Position numbers and translations under genes: made by a program | Source of the DNA: Chloroflexota bacterium | GTDB lineage: Bacteria; Chloroflexota; Limnocylindria; Limnocylindrales; CSP1-4 | Direction: 5' to 3' | NCBI GenBank assembly: GCA_016191395.1 | Contig: JACPOS010000009.1 | Location: 102,642-166,641 of the forward strand | Length of the DNA: 64,000 nucleotides | Notes under the pieces: generated by a model | Seen by the model: only the letters and a program-made list of their open reading frames with translations | Told to the model about the DNA's origin: nothing | Database searches by the model: none | Shown: in pieces, positions 50,712 to 60,604 of the stretch | Position numbering within the stretch: position 1 is the first letter of the stretch | How the letters are laid out: each line of letters opens with the position of its first letter

Positions 50712-51491
50712 CTACCTCCCTGTGTTGTCGCCTTCGATCCCGCGCTGACCCCGCTGGTCCCGGTCCCCCCGGTGCTCCCGGTCCTCCCGGTCCTCCTGCG
50801 CCGAGGCGTTCCACCACCGGCGCGAGATCAGCAGGCCGGTGGCCGCAAGCAGGAAGATGTGCAGGAGGAGGATCGGGAAGAGGAAGACGCCGAGGAAGAC
50901 ATCGCCTGCCAGCAGACCGAGCGACGTGAAGGCAAGCAGGGTGAGGAGCCAGGCGATCGAGCGAGGCATCCAGGGCATCGCGAGCGCGGCCGTGCCGAGC
51001 GCAAGGAACCCGAGGCCCTGGGTCAGCTGGCCGGCCTCGAAGAAGGCGCTGATGATCCCGGCGACCGTCCGGGCGAGGGCCACGATCGCCGGCTGGTCGG
51101 CACCGGCCGCCGCAAACTGCGCGCCGAGGCCCCCGACGACGGTCATTCGGACGAAGGCGCCGATGATCCCGGTGACCGCCGTTACCCCGAGCGCCGCACC
51201 GAGCCTGCCGCGGACGGGGGCGTCCCGAGACAGCGCGAGCCCGGCGATGACGAGCAGGCCGCCCATCCCGAGCCAGCCGAGAGCATCGAAGACCATCGAC
51301 AGCCGGTACAGGCCCGGGGCATAGGCGGCCATGATCAGCTCGTCGTAGTCGCCGCCGATGCCCGGCCGCGACGCGACGGTCCCGAGCGCGGCGAAGAAGG
51401 TCGTAAACAGGCCGACGAGCGTGACGGCAACGACGAGTCCCCAGCGGGCAAGAATCGAGAGCCACACGTCCCGAGCACCGCGAGTAGTCAC
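50712..51491 (-). CDS. Multi-pass membrane protein (DUF4386-like)
   Basis: About 6 TM segments; GGAGGA RBS before GTG 51491. Confidence 0.7.
   Translation of the reverse strand: MTTRGARDVWLSILARWGLVVAVTLVGLFTTFFAALGTVASRPGIGGDYDELIMAAYAPGLYRLSMVFDALGWLGMGGLLVIAGLALSRDAPVRGRLGAALGVTAVTGIIGAFVRMTVVGGLGAQFAAAGADQPAIVALARTVAGIISAFFEAGQLTQGLGFLALGTAALAMPWMPRSIAWLLTLLAFTSLGLLAGDVFLGVFLFPILLLHIFLLAATGLLISRRWWNASAQEDREDREHRGDRDQRGQRGIEGDNTGR
50743..50796. repeat. Degenerate 9-bp tandem repeat x6 in the 3' end of the membrane-protein gene
   Basis: CGCTGACCC CGCTGGTCC CGGTCCCCC CGGTGCTCC CGGTCCTCC CGGTCCTCC. Confidence 0.75.
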
Positions 51492-51546
51492 GTCATCCTC
51501 CGACCATCTGCACGCGGCCACCCTAGGCCTGGCGTCGGGTCCCCTC

Positions 51547-54500
51547 CTATCCGTCGAATGACGTAATCGGCGTCGTTCGCGTACGTGGATGACCGGCTCG
51601 TCGCTCGTCGGTCGGGAGATCCCGGCCCGGTTCCGCCCCCTGCTCGGTGACGTAGCGCGCCAGCGCCGCCCTGGACGCCAGGCCGAGCCGCTCATACATC
51701 CGGTCCAGGTGGGTGCCGACGGTCCTGGGGCTGATGACCAACCGTGCGGCGATCTGGCCGTTGGTCAGTCCTTCTGCGACGAGCCGGGCGACTTCCAGTT
51801 CACGCTGGCTGAGCTGGCCTCCGTCCCGACGGCGAGCCGGCGAACTCGGGCGGACGCCGAGTTCCCGCATGAGCGCTCGGGCGCGGGCCGCATGCCGTCG
51901 AACGCGGAGGCCGTCGAACGTGCTCAGCGCCGCCTGTGCCGCCGAAACCGCTTCGACGGGCTGGTCTTCCCTGATCGTGTGCGCCCATTCGAGGCGCGTC
52001 CGCGCAAGCTCGAACGGGAGATCGAGTACCTCGAATCGCCGGCGCGCTGCCGCCAACTCGGAGGACGCGGCCGCCGCATCACCGAGGGCCTGGTGGGCGA
52101 GGCCCTCCACCCAGACGGCCAGCGCGGCGGCAAGGGGGTTGTCGCCGTGGCCGTCTTGCGCGATCTCCCGGGCGGTCGCCAGTGCCCCCACCGCATTCGA
52201 CGCCGCGACCTGTGCCTCGCCGAGCAAGGCGAGCGTCTGCGGCCGCAGGCCGGTCAGCGCTACGGACGACGACCGCGCCAGGACCAGGGCGAGTTCCGAA
52301 GCACGGACCGGCTGGCCGATCTCGAGGGCCAGCATGGCTTCGGCCAGGCTCGTGATGTTGAAGATGTTGCGGTCGGACAGGTCGCCTCCACCGTACGCGG
52401 AGACGGCCTGCTCGAGGGACGTCTTCGCCTCCTTGACGTCGCCTCGAAGCGTGAGGATGACGGCTCGGACACTGAGCGCGCCAGCGACCTGCCGCGGAAT
52501 GCCGAGTCGCCGAGCCAGCGCGAGCGCACCGGCGCTGCCCGAAAGGGCGTCGTCCCATGCCCCCGCCCGGAGGTCCGCGAGGATGAGCTGCGTTCGCGGA
52601 TAGAGCTCCAGGGTCGGCGCCCCCAGGCGTCGAGCCAGCTCCATACCGGCCGTGGCATGGCGACGTTGGGCGCGGTGATCGCCCACGGCATAGGCGGACA
52701 TGGCCAGCGCGCCATTTGCCCGCTGGGCGAGCAGGAACTCCCCAGCCGCCTCGGCCGCAGCCAGCACGCCGGACAGGCGATCCCGTGCATCGGCGTATCG
52801 ACCGGGCGCGACTTCGAGGAACGCCGCCGCCAGGTCCGCCTCGATCGAGGCACGGGCGGATCCAAGCTGCGTGGCCAGGATCTTGAGATCCGCGGCCGCC
52901 GCCGCGAACCCGTCCAGATCGCCCAGGCGGCCGGCCACGACAAGCCGGGCGTGCTGGAGATCCGCCACCTCCTGGGAGGGCTCGCTGCCGGCGAGGGTGG
53001 CCAGGCCTGCCGACAGCTGCGATCCGGCGATCTCGAAGTGGCCGCGGTCCCACTCCGCCATCGCCAGGAGTCGATGGACGCGGCCGACACCGTCCAGGGC
53101 GCCAGCCCGCGCATACTCGACATTCGCCTCGGTCCAGACGCTGATCGCGGCGGCGCCTTCGCCGATCCGTTCCCATGCTTCCCCCAGGCGCTCCAGCAAC
53201 CAGGGCAGGAGGTCACCGCGCCGGCCGTCGCGGACGATCGCAAGCGCCGCGCCGAAGTGCCCGGCGGCAGCATCGTGGGCACCCAGCGCGATGGCTCGCT
53301 CCCCTGCGCCGATGGCGACCTCGAGCGCCCGATCCGGGTCGAGGAGCGAACCGGCTCCACGGTAGTGGGGGGCCAGTTCCTCGAATGCGTCCGGGCGGTC
53401 GCGCTCGATCGCCCCCGCGAGGGCGGCGTGGATGCGCCGGCGGTGCGCGTCAGCCATCGAGCGATCGACCACTTCGCCGATCATCGGGTGGGTGATCCGG
53501 TACGTCACGTCCCGCCCAGTGCCTTCTTCGGCTGCGATCCCGGCAGCGCGCAGGCGGTCCAGCGCTTCGTCGAGGTGCTTGTCGTCCAGGCCGGCGGTCG
53601 CGCGGAGCAGCGGGTCGGAGATCGAATCACCGGCAACCGCGATCGTCTCGAGCACCCGCCGGTCCGATCCGTCGAACCGATCGACGCGTCTCAGGATCAG
53701 GTCCTGGATCGATGTCGGGGGAGTCACCGCGGACCCCGACCGCATCACCCAGACGCCACCCGCACTCCGGAGCTGGCCGGCATCCACGAACGCCTGGAGG
53801 AGCAGCCCGACGAACAGGGGCGTGCCGCCGGTTCGCTCCTGGAGCTGCACCAGCAACCCCGGCGGCGCCTCGGCACCGAGCATGGCCTCGGCGAGTGTCA
53901 CGGTCTCCTCGGCTGTGAGCCGCGACACGGCAACCCGCTGGGCAATCTCATTCCGCTCCAGGGACGCGACAAGGGCTTCCACGTGGGAGTTTGCCGACGC
54001 TTCGTCCGGGCTGTACGCCGCCAGGATCAGGACACGCTGCGCGGCGACGCCACGGGCCAGGTAATGGAGCAGCTCAAGCGACGCGGGATCCGCCCACTGG
54101 AGGTCGTCGAGAAACAAGAGCACCGGCGACTCGCGCGCCATCCGCTCGCACAACCGGGCCACGGCCTCGAACATCCGGGTCTTCTCCAGGCCGGCGTCGC
54201 CGAGGTGCTCGGATTCGGGCAGCGGCATACCCCCGATCATGCGGCCCAGGTGGGGCAATCCGGCAACCAGCGGCGCCAGGTGGCGCCGGTCGAGACCTCG
54301 CAGATGTGATCCGAACGCATCGACGAGCGGGCCGTACGCGAGTGACCGCTCGAGCGGATAGGCGCGGCCCTGAAGGACGCAGACGCCCTCGCTCCGCGCT
54401 GCGTCCATGACCTCGTGGGCGAGCCGGGACTTCCCCACGCCAGGCTCCCCGAAAAGAAAGACCGTCGCCCCATGGCCGCCAACGGCTTGAGCCATGGCAC

Positions 54501-54558
54501 CCTTCAGGCGAGTCAGTTCTTCCTGGCGGCCGACCAGGGCGGGCTTTCGCAGGCGCAT
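51547..54558 (-). CDS. Large ATP-binding LuxR-family regulator (AAA + TPR + LuxR HTH)
   Basis: GEPGVGKS, LDDLQWAD, LSQRELEVARLVAEGLTNGQIA...ISPRTVGTH. Confidence 0.92.
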   Translation of the reverse strand: MRLRKPALVGRQEELTRLKGAMAQAVGGHGATVFLFGEPGVGKSRLAHEVMDAARSEGVCVLQGRAYPLERSLAYGPLVDAFGSHLRGLDRRHLAPLVAGLPHLGRMIGGMPLPESEHLGDAGLEKTRMFEAVARLCERMARESPVLLFLDDLQWADPASLELLHYLARGVAAQRVLILAAYSPDEASANSHVEALVASLERNEIAQRVAVSRLTAEETVTLAEAMLGAEAPPGLLVQLQERTGGTPLFVGLLLQAFVDAGQLRSAGGVWVMRSGSAVTPPTSIQDLILRRVDRFDGSDRRVLETIAVAGDSISDPLLRATAGLDDKHLDEALDRLRAAGIAAEEGTGRDVTYRITHPMIGEVVDRSMADAHRRRIHAALAGAIERDRPDAFEELAPHYRGAGSLLDPDRALEVAIGAGERAIALGAHDAAAGHFGAALAIVRDGRRGDLLPWLLERLGEAWERIGEGAAAISVWTEANVEYARAGALDGVGRVHRLLAMAEWDRGHFEIAGSQLSAGLATLAGSEPSQEVADLQHARLVVAGRLGDLDGFAAAAADLKILATQLGSARASIEADLAAAFLEVAPGRYADARDRLSGVLAAAEAAGEFLLAQRANGALAMSAYAVGDHRAQRRHATAGMELARRLGAPTLELYPRTQLILADLRAGAWDDALSGSAGALALARRLGIPRQVAGALSVRAVILTLRGDVKEAKTSLEQAVSAYGGGDLSDRNIFNITSLAEAMLALEIGQPVRASELALVLARSSSVALTGLRPQTLALLGEAQVAASNAVGALATAREIAQDGHGDNPLAAALAVWVEGLAHQALGDAAAASSELAAARRRFEVLDLPFELARTRLEWAHTIREDQPVEAVSAAQAALSTFDGLRVRRHAARARALMRELGVRPSSPARRRDGGQLSQRELEVARLVAEGLTNGQIAARLVISPRTVGTHLDRMYERLGLASRAALARYVTEQGAEPGRDLPTDERRAGHPRTRTTPITSFDG

Positions 54559-54754
54559 CTCGATGCCCTCTGGGACGGTGGGAGCACCAGGCTCTGTCTG
54601 CCGCTGACACCGTACCAGAGGAATAATTCCCGCTCAGCACAGCCCCGGCGATGAGGAACACGGACCGTTCGTCGTCGCCCGTGTCGGGGCTAGGTCCGCC
54701 ACGGGCACATCATGGCCGCGTCACCCGAGCCTCGTACACTGCGACCCCTTGGCC

Positions 54755-56452
54755 ATGACCACCCGAACCGCGGCGGACCTGCTCGTCGCCTGCCTGGAGG
54801 CGGAGGGCTGCGAGTACGTCTTCTCCGTTCCCGGCGAGGAGACGATGGACATCCTGGAGTCGCTGTCGCACACCGACGCGATCCGACACATCACCACGCG
54901 CCACGAGCAGGGCGCGGCGTTCATGGCGGACGTCTACGGGCGGCTCACGGGGCGGGCGGCCGTGGCGATGGCAACGCTGGGGCCCGGCGCGACCAACCTC
55001 CTGACCGGCATCGCGGACGCCTACCTCGATCGGGCGCCGGTCGTCGCGATCACCGGCCAGGCGTCGTCGGAGAAGCTCCACAAGGAGGCCCACCAGGTCG
55101 TCGACGTCGTCGACATGTTCAAGCCCGTCACCAAATGGAATGCCCGGATCGAGCGCGCCGGGGTGATCCCGGAGATCGTGCGCAAGGCGTTCCGCGTGGC
55201 GATGCTCTCGAAACCGGGTCCCACCCATATCGAGCTGCCGGAGAACGTGGCGGGCAGCGCCCTCGACCCTGCCGACCGCAACAGGCCGCTCAGGCCCGGC
55301 AAGACGTACTTCCCCGAGCCGGCGCACGCCGCGATCAGGCACGCCGCGCGCCTCATCAACCGGGCCCAGCGGCCCATCGTCCTGGCGGGCAACGGCGTCC
55401 TGCGACGTACCGCGTCGGGCCAGCTGCGCGCGTTCGCGAAGGGCCTGCACGTACCGGTCGCGGCCACGTTCATGGGCAAGGGTGCCATCGACGATCGCTC
55501 GCACCTGTCGCTGATGGCGGTGGGGCTCCAGGCGCGCGATCACGTGCTCACGGGCTTCGACCGCGCCGACCTCGTGATCGCCGTGGGCTACGACCTGGTG
55601 GAGTACGCGCCGGCCCACTGGAATCCGGACGGGTCCAAGCGGATCATCCACATCGATACCCAGCCCGCCGAGGTCGATGCCGACTACCAGCCCGAGGTGG
55701 AGCTCATCGGGGACATCGGCGGGGCGCTGGAGGAGCTGCTCGCCGCCACGCTGCCCGGTGGCGTGGGCGGACGGAGCGCGGGCCAGCGTCACGAATCGCG
55801 CGAGACGCTGGTGCACTCGGACCTGCGGACCGCGCTCCTCGCCGACCTCCAGGCGGGCGAATCGAGCGACGGCTACCCGATCACGCCGCAGCGCGCGATC
55901 TTCGACCTCCGCCGCGCCCTGGGCCCGAGCGACATCGTGGTCAGCGACGTCGGCGCGCACAAGGTGTGGATCGCGCGCATGTACCAGGCGTACGAGCCCA
56001 ACACCGTGATCATCTCCAACGGCTTCGCGTCGATGGGCATCGCGCTCCCGGGTGCGATCGCGGCGAAGCTCGTCCACCCGGACCGGAAGGTCGTCGCCCT
56101 GTGCGGCGACGGCGGCTTCCTGATGAATGCGCAGGAGCTGGAGACGGCGAAGCGGATCGGCGCCGGCATCGTCGTCGTGATCTGGCGCGACAACGGCTAC
56201 GGCCTGATCGACTGGAAGCAGCGCAACGCGTTCGGGCGGCCGTTCGGCGTGGAGTTCGACAACCCGGACTTCGTGGCCTTTGCTGAGTCCTTCGGGATCC
56301 CGGGCTTTCGTCCGGCCTCGGCGGACGAGCTCTACCCCACGCTGATGCGCGCCCTGGAGCTGTCCGGCCCATCCGTCATCGACGTCCCGATCGACTACGC
56401 CGAGAACGTCCGCCTGACCGAACGACTGGGGGCGCTCTCCGGCCTCGTCTGA
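54755..56452 (+). CDS. Acetolactate synthase large-subunit-like ThDP enzyme (second, non-IlvB clade)
   Basis: FSVPGEE, RHEQG, TLGPGATN, DVGAHKVW, SNGFASMG, GDGGFLMN. Confidence 0.9.
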   Translation: MTTRTAADLLVACLEAEGCEYVFSVPGEETMDILESLSHTDAIRHITTRHEQGAAFMADVYGRLTGRAAVAMATLGPGATNLLTGIADAYLDRAPVVAITGQASSEKLHKEAHQVVDVVDMFKPVTKWNARIERAGVIPEIVRKAFRVAMLSKPGPTHIELPENVAGSALDPADRNRPLRPGKTYFPEPAHAAIRHAARLINRAQRPIVLAGNGVLRRTASGQLRAFAKGLHVPVAATFMGKGAIDDRSHLSLMAVGLQARDHVLTGFDRADLVIAVGYDLVEYAPAHWNPDGSKRIIHIDTQPAEVDADYQPEVELIGDIGGALEELLAATLPGGVGGRSAGQRHESRETLVHSDLRTALLADLQAGESSDGYPITPQRAIFDLRRALGPSDIVVSDVGAHKVWIARMYQAYEPNTVIISNGFASMGIALPGAIAAKLVHPDRKVVALCGDGGFLMNAQELETAKRIGAGIVVVIWRDNGYGLIDWKQRNAFGRPFGVEFDNPDFVAFAESFGIPGFRPASADELYPTLMRALELSGPSVIDVPIDYAENVRLTERLGALSGLV

Positions 56453-56473
56453 TCGCGCGCCGGCCGCCGGAGC

Positions 56474-58918
56474 TCAGTCCTCGACGCGGCGGCTCGCCTT
56501 CAGGAACGTCACCGAACGACGGCGCATCGACGCGAGCGGGCCGCGACCCCCGGTTGGGACCGGCTCGGCCTCCAGGGGCGGGATGGGGTCCCAGCGGACG
56601 GGTTCCGTCCGCAGGTCGGACAGGTCGGCGGTCACCGCGATCGGCACCTCGTCGCGCTGCTCCAGCGCGGCGATGTCCACCCACGGCAGGTCTCGATCCG
56701 GCCCGGGGCGCCCGAGCAGGTAGCCCTGGCCCGCCGTGATCCCGAGGCGGCGTGCGGTCCGGAGCTGGCTCGACGTCTCGACGCCCTCCGCGATCGTGGT
56801 CGCGCCGAGCCGGTCGGCCATCTCCACGATGGAGCGCAGGACGGAGTGCGTCTTGTCCTCGCCGGCGCGCTGGACCAGGGACAGGTCGATCTTCACGACG
56901 TCGAACCGGAACTGGCTGAGGAGGCGCAGCCCGGCGTTGCCGGCCCCGACGTCGTCCGCGGCGATCCGGACGCCGGCGTTCTGGACGCCGAGGAGGGCCC
57001 GCCGCAGGCGCTCCGGGTCGCGGATCGCCTCGCGCTCGGTCAGCTCCAGGATCACCCGCCCGGGCGCCATGCCGTGCCGGCGCAGGATCGACAGGAACGC
57101 GGTGAAGCTGAACTCGGCCGATTCCAATGTCCGCGGGGAGACGTTGACGCTCAGGGTCACCGATTCGTCGAGGTCCCGGGCACCATGGAGCACGACGTCC
57201 AGCGCGGCGCGATCCAGGTCGTGCACGCGCCCGGCGACCTCGGCGGCGTCGAAAAGGGCACCCGCGTGCGCAAACGTGGACTGCTTCGGAACGCGAACCA
57301 GCCCCTCGTAGCCGATGACGCGACCGCTGGCGAGGTCCACGATCGGCTGGTAGACGGGCCTGAGCGAGCGGCCCTCGATCACGGCGGTGATCGCGCTCGA
57401 CAGCTCCGCGCGCATTCCCTCGTCGACATGGCCGTGGTCCTTCTCGGGGTCGTAGATCGTGACCACCGTTCGACCCGTCCGCTTGCCCCGGTAGAGCGCC
57501 GCGTCCGCCTGCGCGGTGATCTCGAGGCGGGTGGTGCCGAACTCCGGACAGGCCGTCACCCCGGCCGAGAACGAGATCGGGGCGCGGTACTCGCCGTGCA
57601 CCCGATCCTCCAGGCCACGGGCGAGCAGCCGGCGGGTCAGGATGATCGCGCCACCCACGTCCGTGTGGGGCAGGAGCAGTGCGAACTCGTCGCCGCCGAC
57701 GCGGAACGCGGCGTCGCTGTGGCGGATCGTGGCGCCGATGAGCGAGCCGACCTCGGCCAGGAGCTGGTCGCCGACCGCGTGACCGCGGGTGTCGTTGATG
57801 CGCTTGAACTCGTCGATGTCGATGAGCACCAGCGAGAAGGACGTGCCATAGCGCCGTGCCCCATCGACCATCCGGGCCACCGCCTCCTGGAACGCACGGT
57901 GGTTGCCAAGGCCGGTGAGGCTGTCGCGCAGGGCGGCTTCGCGCGCACTCTCGTAGAGCTCGCGGAGCCGCGACCGCGATGCCTCGAGGTTTGCGGCAGG
58001 CCGGAGGATCTGCCGCGCCATCCAGATCGTGAAGACGATGAGAAGGAGCAGCATCGCGCCGAGCGCGGCGAGCGCCTGGATCGGCAGGGCGACCAGGGGG
58101 ATCGGCGCGGAGACCACGATCTGCCAGCCCTCGATGCCGGGCAGGTCGATCGTCGCGCGGCCGTCGGAGTCATGGGTGGCCATCGTCGCGAGGTCGAACA
58201 CCTCGCCCGGAAGCGCGCCCGGGTCGAACGGGCCCTCGGACTCCGCGAGCACGGCGCCGGTGGGGTCGGTGATGCGCATGACGCGCCCCGCCATGTCGAC
58301 GTCGGGCGTGGTCGCGGCGAGCAGGGTCGGCACGGACACGGCGCTGACGATCGTCCGTGGCGGCTTGCTGCCCGCGCCGGCGGTCTCGACGACGAGGAGC
58401 CGAAGGCCCGCGTCGCTCTTGACCGAGACCAGGCCGTTGACGATCACGCCCGCGGGCAGCGACTTGAGGTCGAGCGGCGGCCCGAAGCCGGCGATCATGC
58501 CGTCGCCCGTGACCAGGCTGGCACCCACGACCGAGCCATCCACCATCGAGCGATCCGGCCCGGCGACGAGCTCCTCGATGCGCTGCGAGGCGGCCTCGCG
58601 AGCGGCAACGGAGGCGCCTACGGCCGACGCGGCGACGATCGCAGGATCGTTCAGCATCGCCTGGCCGGCCGTCCGGATCCGGACGATCTCCCGCTGCAGC
58701 TGGGCCACCGCGGTCGAGGCCTGGTCGGCGAGTCGCTCGTGGTGGGCGACGCGCGCCTCCTCGGCCACCGCGCGGACGAGCGGCGATACCGCGGCGATGG
58801 GCAGCACCGCCACGGCGATCAGGGTCAGCGCGAGGCGCAGCTTGACCAGCCGGAGGCTGTCGCGGCCGTCCAGGATCGGATCGCGTGAGGCGTCGTGATG
58901 CTGGGGCTCCGGGTGCAT
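56474..58918 (-). CDS. Membrane-anchored GGDEF-EAL diguanylate cyclase/phosphodiesterase
   Basis: Two TM segments; DSLTGLGN, RxxD I-site RHSD, GGDEF; EGLVR, DDVGAG, KIDLS, AEGVE, GQGY. Confidence 0.93.
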   Translation of the reverse strand: MHPEPQHHDASRDPILDGRDSLRLVKLRLALTLIAVAVLPIAAVSPLVRAVAEEARVAHHERLADQASTAVAQLQREIVRIRTAGQAMLNDPAIVAASAVGASVAAREAASQRIEELVAGPDRSMVDGSVVGASLVTGDGMIAGFGPPLDLKSLPAGVIVNGLVSVKSDAGLRLLVVETAGAGSKPPRTIVSAVSVPTLLAATTPDVDMAGRVMRITDPTGAVLAESEGPFDPGALPGEVFDLATMATHDSDGRATIDLPGIEGWQIVVSAPIPLVALPIQALAALGAMLLLLIVFTIWMARQILRPAANLEASRSRLRELYESAREAALRDSLTGLGNHRAFQEAVARMVDGARRYGTSFSLVLIDIDEFKRINDTRGHAVGDQLLAEVGSLIGATIRHSDAAFRVGGDEFALLLPHTDVGGAIILTRRLLARGLEDRVHGEYRAPISFSAGVTACPEFGTTRLEITAQADAALYRGKRTGRTVVTIYDPEKDHGHVDEGMRAELSSAITAVIEGRSLRPVYQPIVDLASGRVIGYEGLVRVPKQSTFAHAGALFDAAEVAGRVHDLDRAALDVVLHGARDLDESVTLSVNVSPRTLESAEFSFTAFLSILRRHGMAPGRVILELTEREAIRDPERLRRALLGVQNAGVRIAADDVGAGNAGLRLLSQFRFDVVKIDLSLVQRAGEDKTHSVLRSIVEMADRLGATTIAEGVETSSQLRTARRLGITAGQGYLLGRPGPDRDLPWVDIAALEQRDEVPIAVTADLSDLRTEPVRWDPIPPLEAEPVPTGGRGPLASMRRRSVTFLKASRRVED

Positions 58919-59063
58919 GCGTCCTCTGAGCGTGGTGGTGGTGCCATCAGGCCCCAGCCGCCCGCCCGGTTCACCTACCCGTTCGTCCCGCGCTGACCCT
59001 GACGCTCGGGTCAGCCGGCTCCGCCGATCGGCGGGGCCCCCGGCGCGCCGCGCTCAACCCGGA

Positions 59064-59795
59064 TCAGCGCCGGATCGTCTGGCCCGGCTGCAGTGCGTGG
59101 ACGACGACGTCGCCCAGCGAGCGGTCGGCGAGCTCGTCGAGGAGCTGGCCGGGCGTGCCGGCGAGGATCGGGAAGGTCCCGTAGTGGATCGGCAGGACCT
59201 CGCGAACGCCGAGCAGGTCCACCGCGAGGGCGGCCTCGCGCGGGCCCATCGTGTAGTGCCCGCCGATGGGCAGGATCGCGATGTCCGGCCGGTACAGCTC
59301 GCCGATGAGCCGCATGTCGCCGAAGACGTTCGTATCGCCGGCGAAGTAGATGCGGCTGCCGTCCTCCAGCTCCACCACGAAGCCGGCAGGCTCCCCCAGG
59401 TACCGCGGCATCCCGGCGTCGTTGTCCCAGTCTCCCGCCGAGTGGTCCGCCGAGGTCATGGTCACGCGCAGCCCGCAGGTCTCCACGGTGCCGCCCTTGT
59501 TCATGCCGATGAGGTCGTCCGGCGCCGCGTAGACGCTGCTCAGCCAGAGGGTCATCTCGTGCATCGCCGGCCAGGCGGGCCGGGTCCGGCTGGCGATCGG
59601 GATCGCGTTGCCCATGTGGTCGGCGTGACCGTGGCTCACGAGCATCAGGTCGCACCGATCGACCGTCTCGGGCGCCCTCGGGCTGGCGGGATTGGCGAAC
59701 CATGGGTCGAACAGGACCGTCATGCCGCCGGGCGTCACGAGCTCGACGCATGCGTGGCCGTACCAGGTGATCGCGGTTGCTCCACCGGAATCCAT
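59064..59795 (-). CDS. Metal-dependent hydrolase, metallo-beta-lactamase fold (UPF0173-like)
   Basis: TWYGHA, SHGHADH, YFAGDT, LPIGGHYTM, PIHYGTF; GGAGG RBS. Confidence 0.92.
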   Translation of the reverse strand: MDSGGATAITWYGHACVELVTPGGMTVLFDPWFANPASPRAPETVDRCDLMLVSHGHADHMGNAIPIASRTRPAWPAMHEMTLWLSSVYAAPDDLIGMNKGGTVETCGLRVTMTSADHSAGDWDNDAGMPRYLGEPAGFVVELEDGSRIYFAGDTNVFGDMRLIGELYRPDIAILPIGGHYTMGPREAALAVDLLGVREVLPIHYGTFPILAGTPGQLLDELADRSLGDVVVHALQPGQTIRR

Positions 59796-60075
59796 GGCGC
59801 ACCTCCGGGAGCAATCGTATCGGCCCGGACGATTGCAGATTCCTGACAGGATCGCCGTCTGCTGCCACAATGCGCGGCGACCTCCGATCCTCACCACCCA
59901 GGTCCCGCGTCGCTGCGGCGCCGGTGGGGGGTCTCCAAGCAACCCCTGTCGCGGTGACGCGCCGCGTTTAGCTGCGCGCGCGCCCCGGGATGGGCCATCC
60001 GTTCGTTGCCCCTCAGAGATGGGGGCTCCAGGCAGAAAGGAGCTCGGGTAGCGCCTCGGCGTGCCCAACAGATCC

Positions 60076-60555
60076 ATGCGCAAGTCCATCCGCGCACTCG
60101 TGGCGGCCGCGGCCGCCACCCTCATCCTGCCGGCAGCGGTCTTCGCTTACTGGCCCGTTGCCAACACCGGCTCGTACGTCAGCCAGGGCTACAGCAGCCG
60201 CCACCGCGCCTACGACATCGCGTCGTACTCCGGCACCCCCGTGGTCCCGGTCCGCTCCGGGCGAGTTGCCTTCGCGGGCTGGAAGGCCAACTGTGGTGGC
60301 TACCAGGTCTACGTGTCGCACGGCAACGGCCTGTACTCGGCCTACTTCCACCTTCGCGCCGAATACGCGTGGAAGGGCGAATGGGTCACGGCGCAATCGA
60401 CCATGCTCGGCCGGGTAGGCCGGACCGGCTGCGCCACGGGGTCGCACCTGCACGTGGAGATCTGGCGCGGCTATCCGTGGGCCAGTGGTTCGTACCGTGT
60501 CAGCCCCTGGTCCTACATCAGCTCCGGCAAGTACCTGCCCTCCCGCTACCGCTGA
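60076..60555 (+). CDS. Secreted M23 metallopeptidase
   Basis: Signal peptide; HRAYD (HxxxD) and HLH zinc motifs; start 60061 or 60076. Confidence 0.9.
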   Translation: MRKSIRALVAAAAATLILPAAVFAYWPVANTGSYVSQGYSSRHRAYDIASYSGTPVVPVRSGRVAFAGWKANCGGYQVYVSHGNGLYSAYFHLRAEYAWKGEWVTAQSTMLGRVGRTGCATGSHLHVEIWRGYPWASGSYRVSPWSYISSGKYLPSRYR

Positions 60556-60604
60556 GCCGGCCCTCTCGGCGGTTCGGCCGGGGCCCGCGGCTACACTCGC
60601 CGAC

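Noticed and set aside
46531-54733. GAGGCTCGG / CCGAGCCTC as terminal inverted repeats of the accessory block
   Set aside because: Only 9 bp in GC-rich DNA, no target duplication, no transposase or integrase
59878-60075. c-di-AMP (ydaO) riboswitch before the M23 gene
   Set aside because: Hallmark segments (GCTGAATC, GGGGAACC, GTCAGCTAAC) not found
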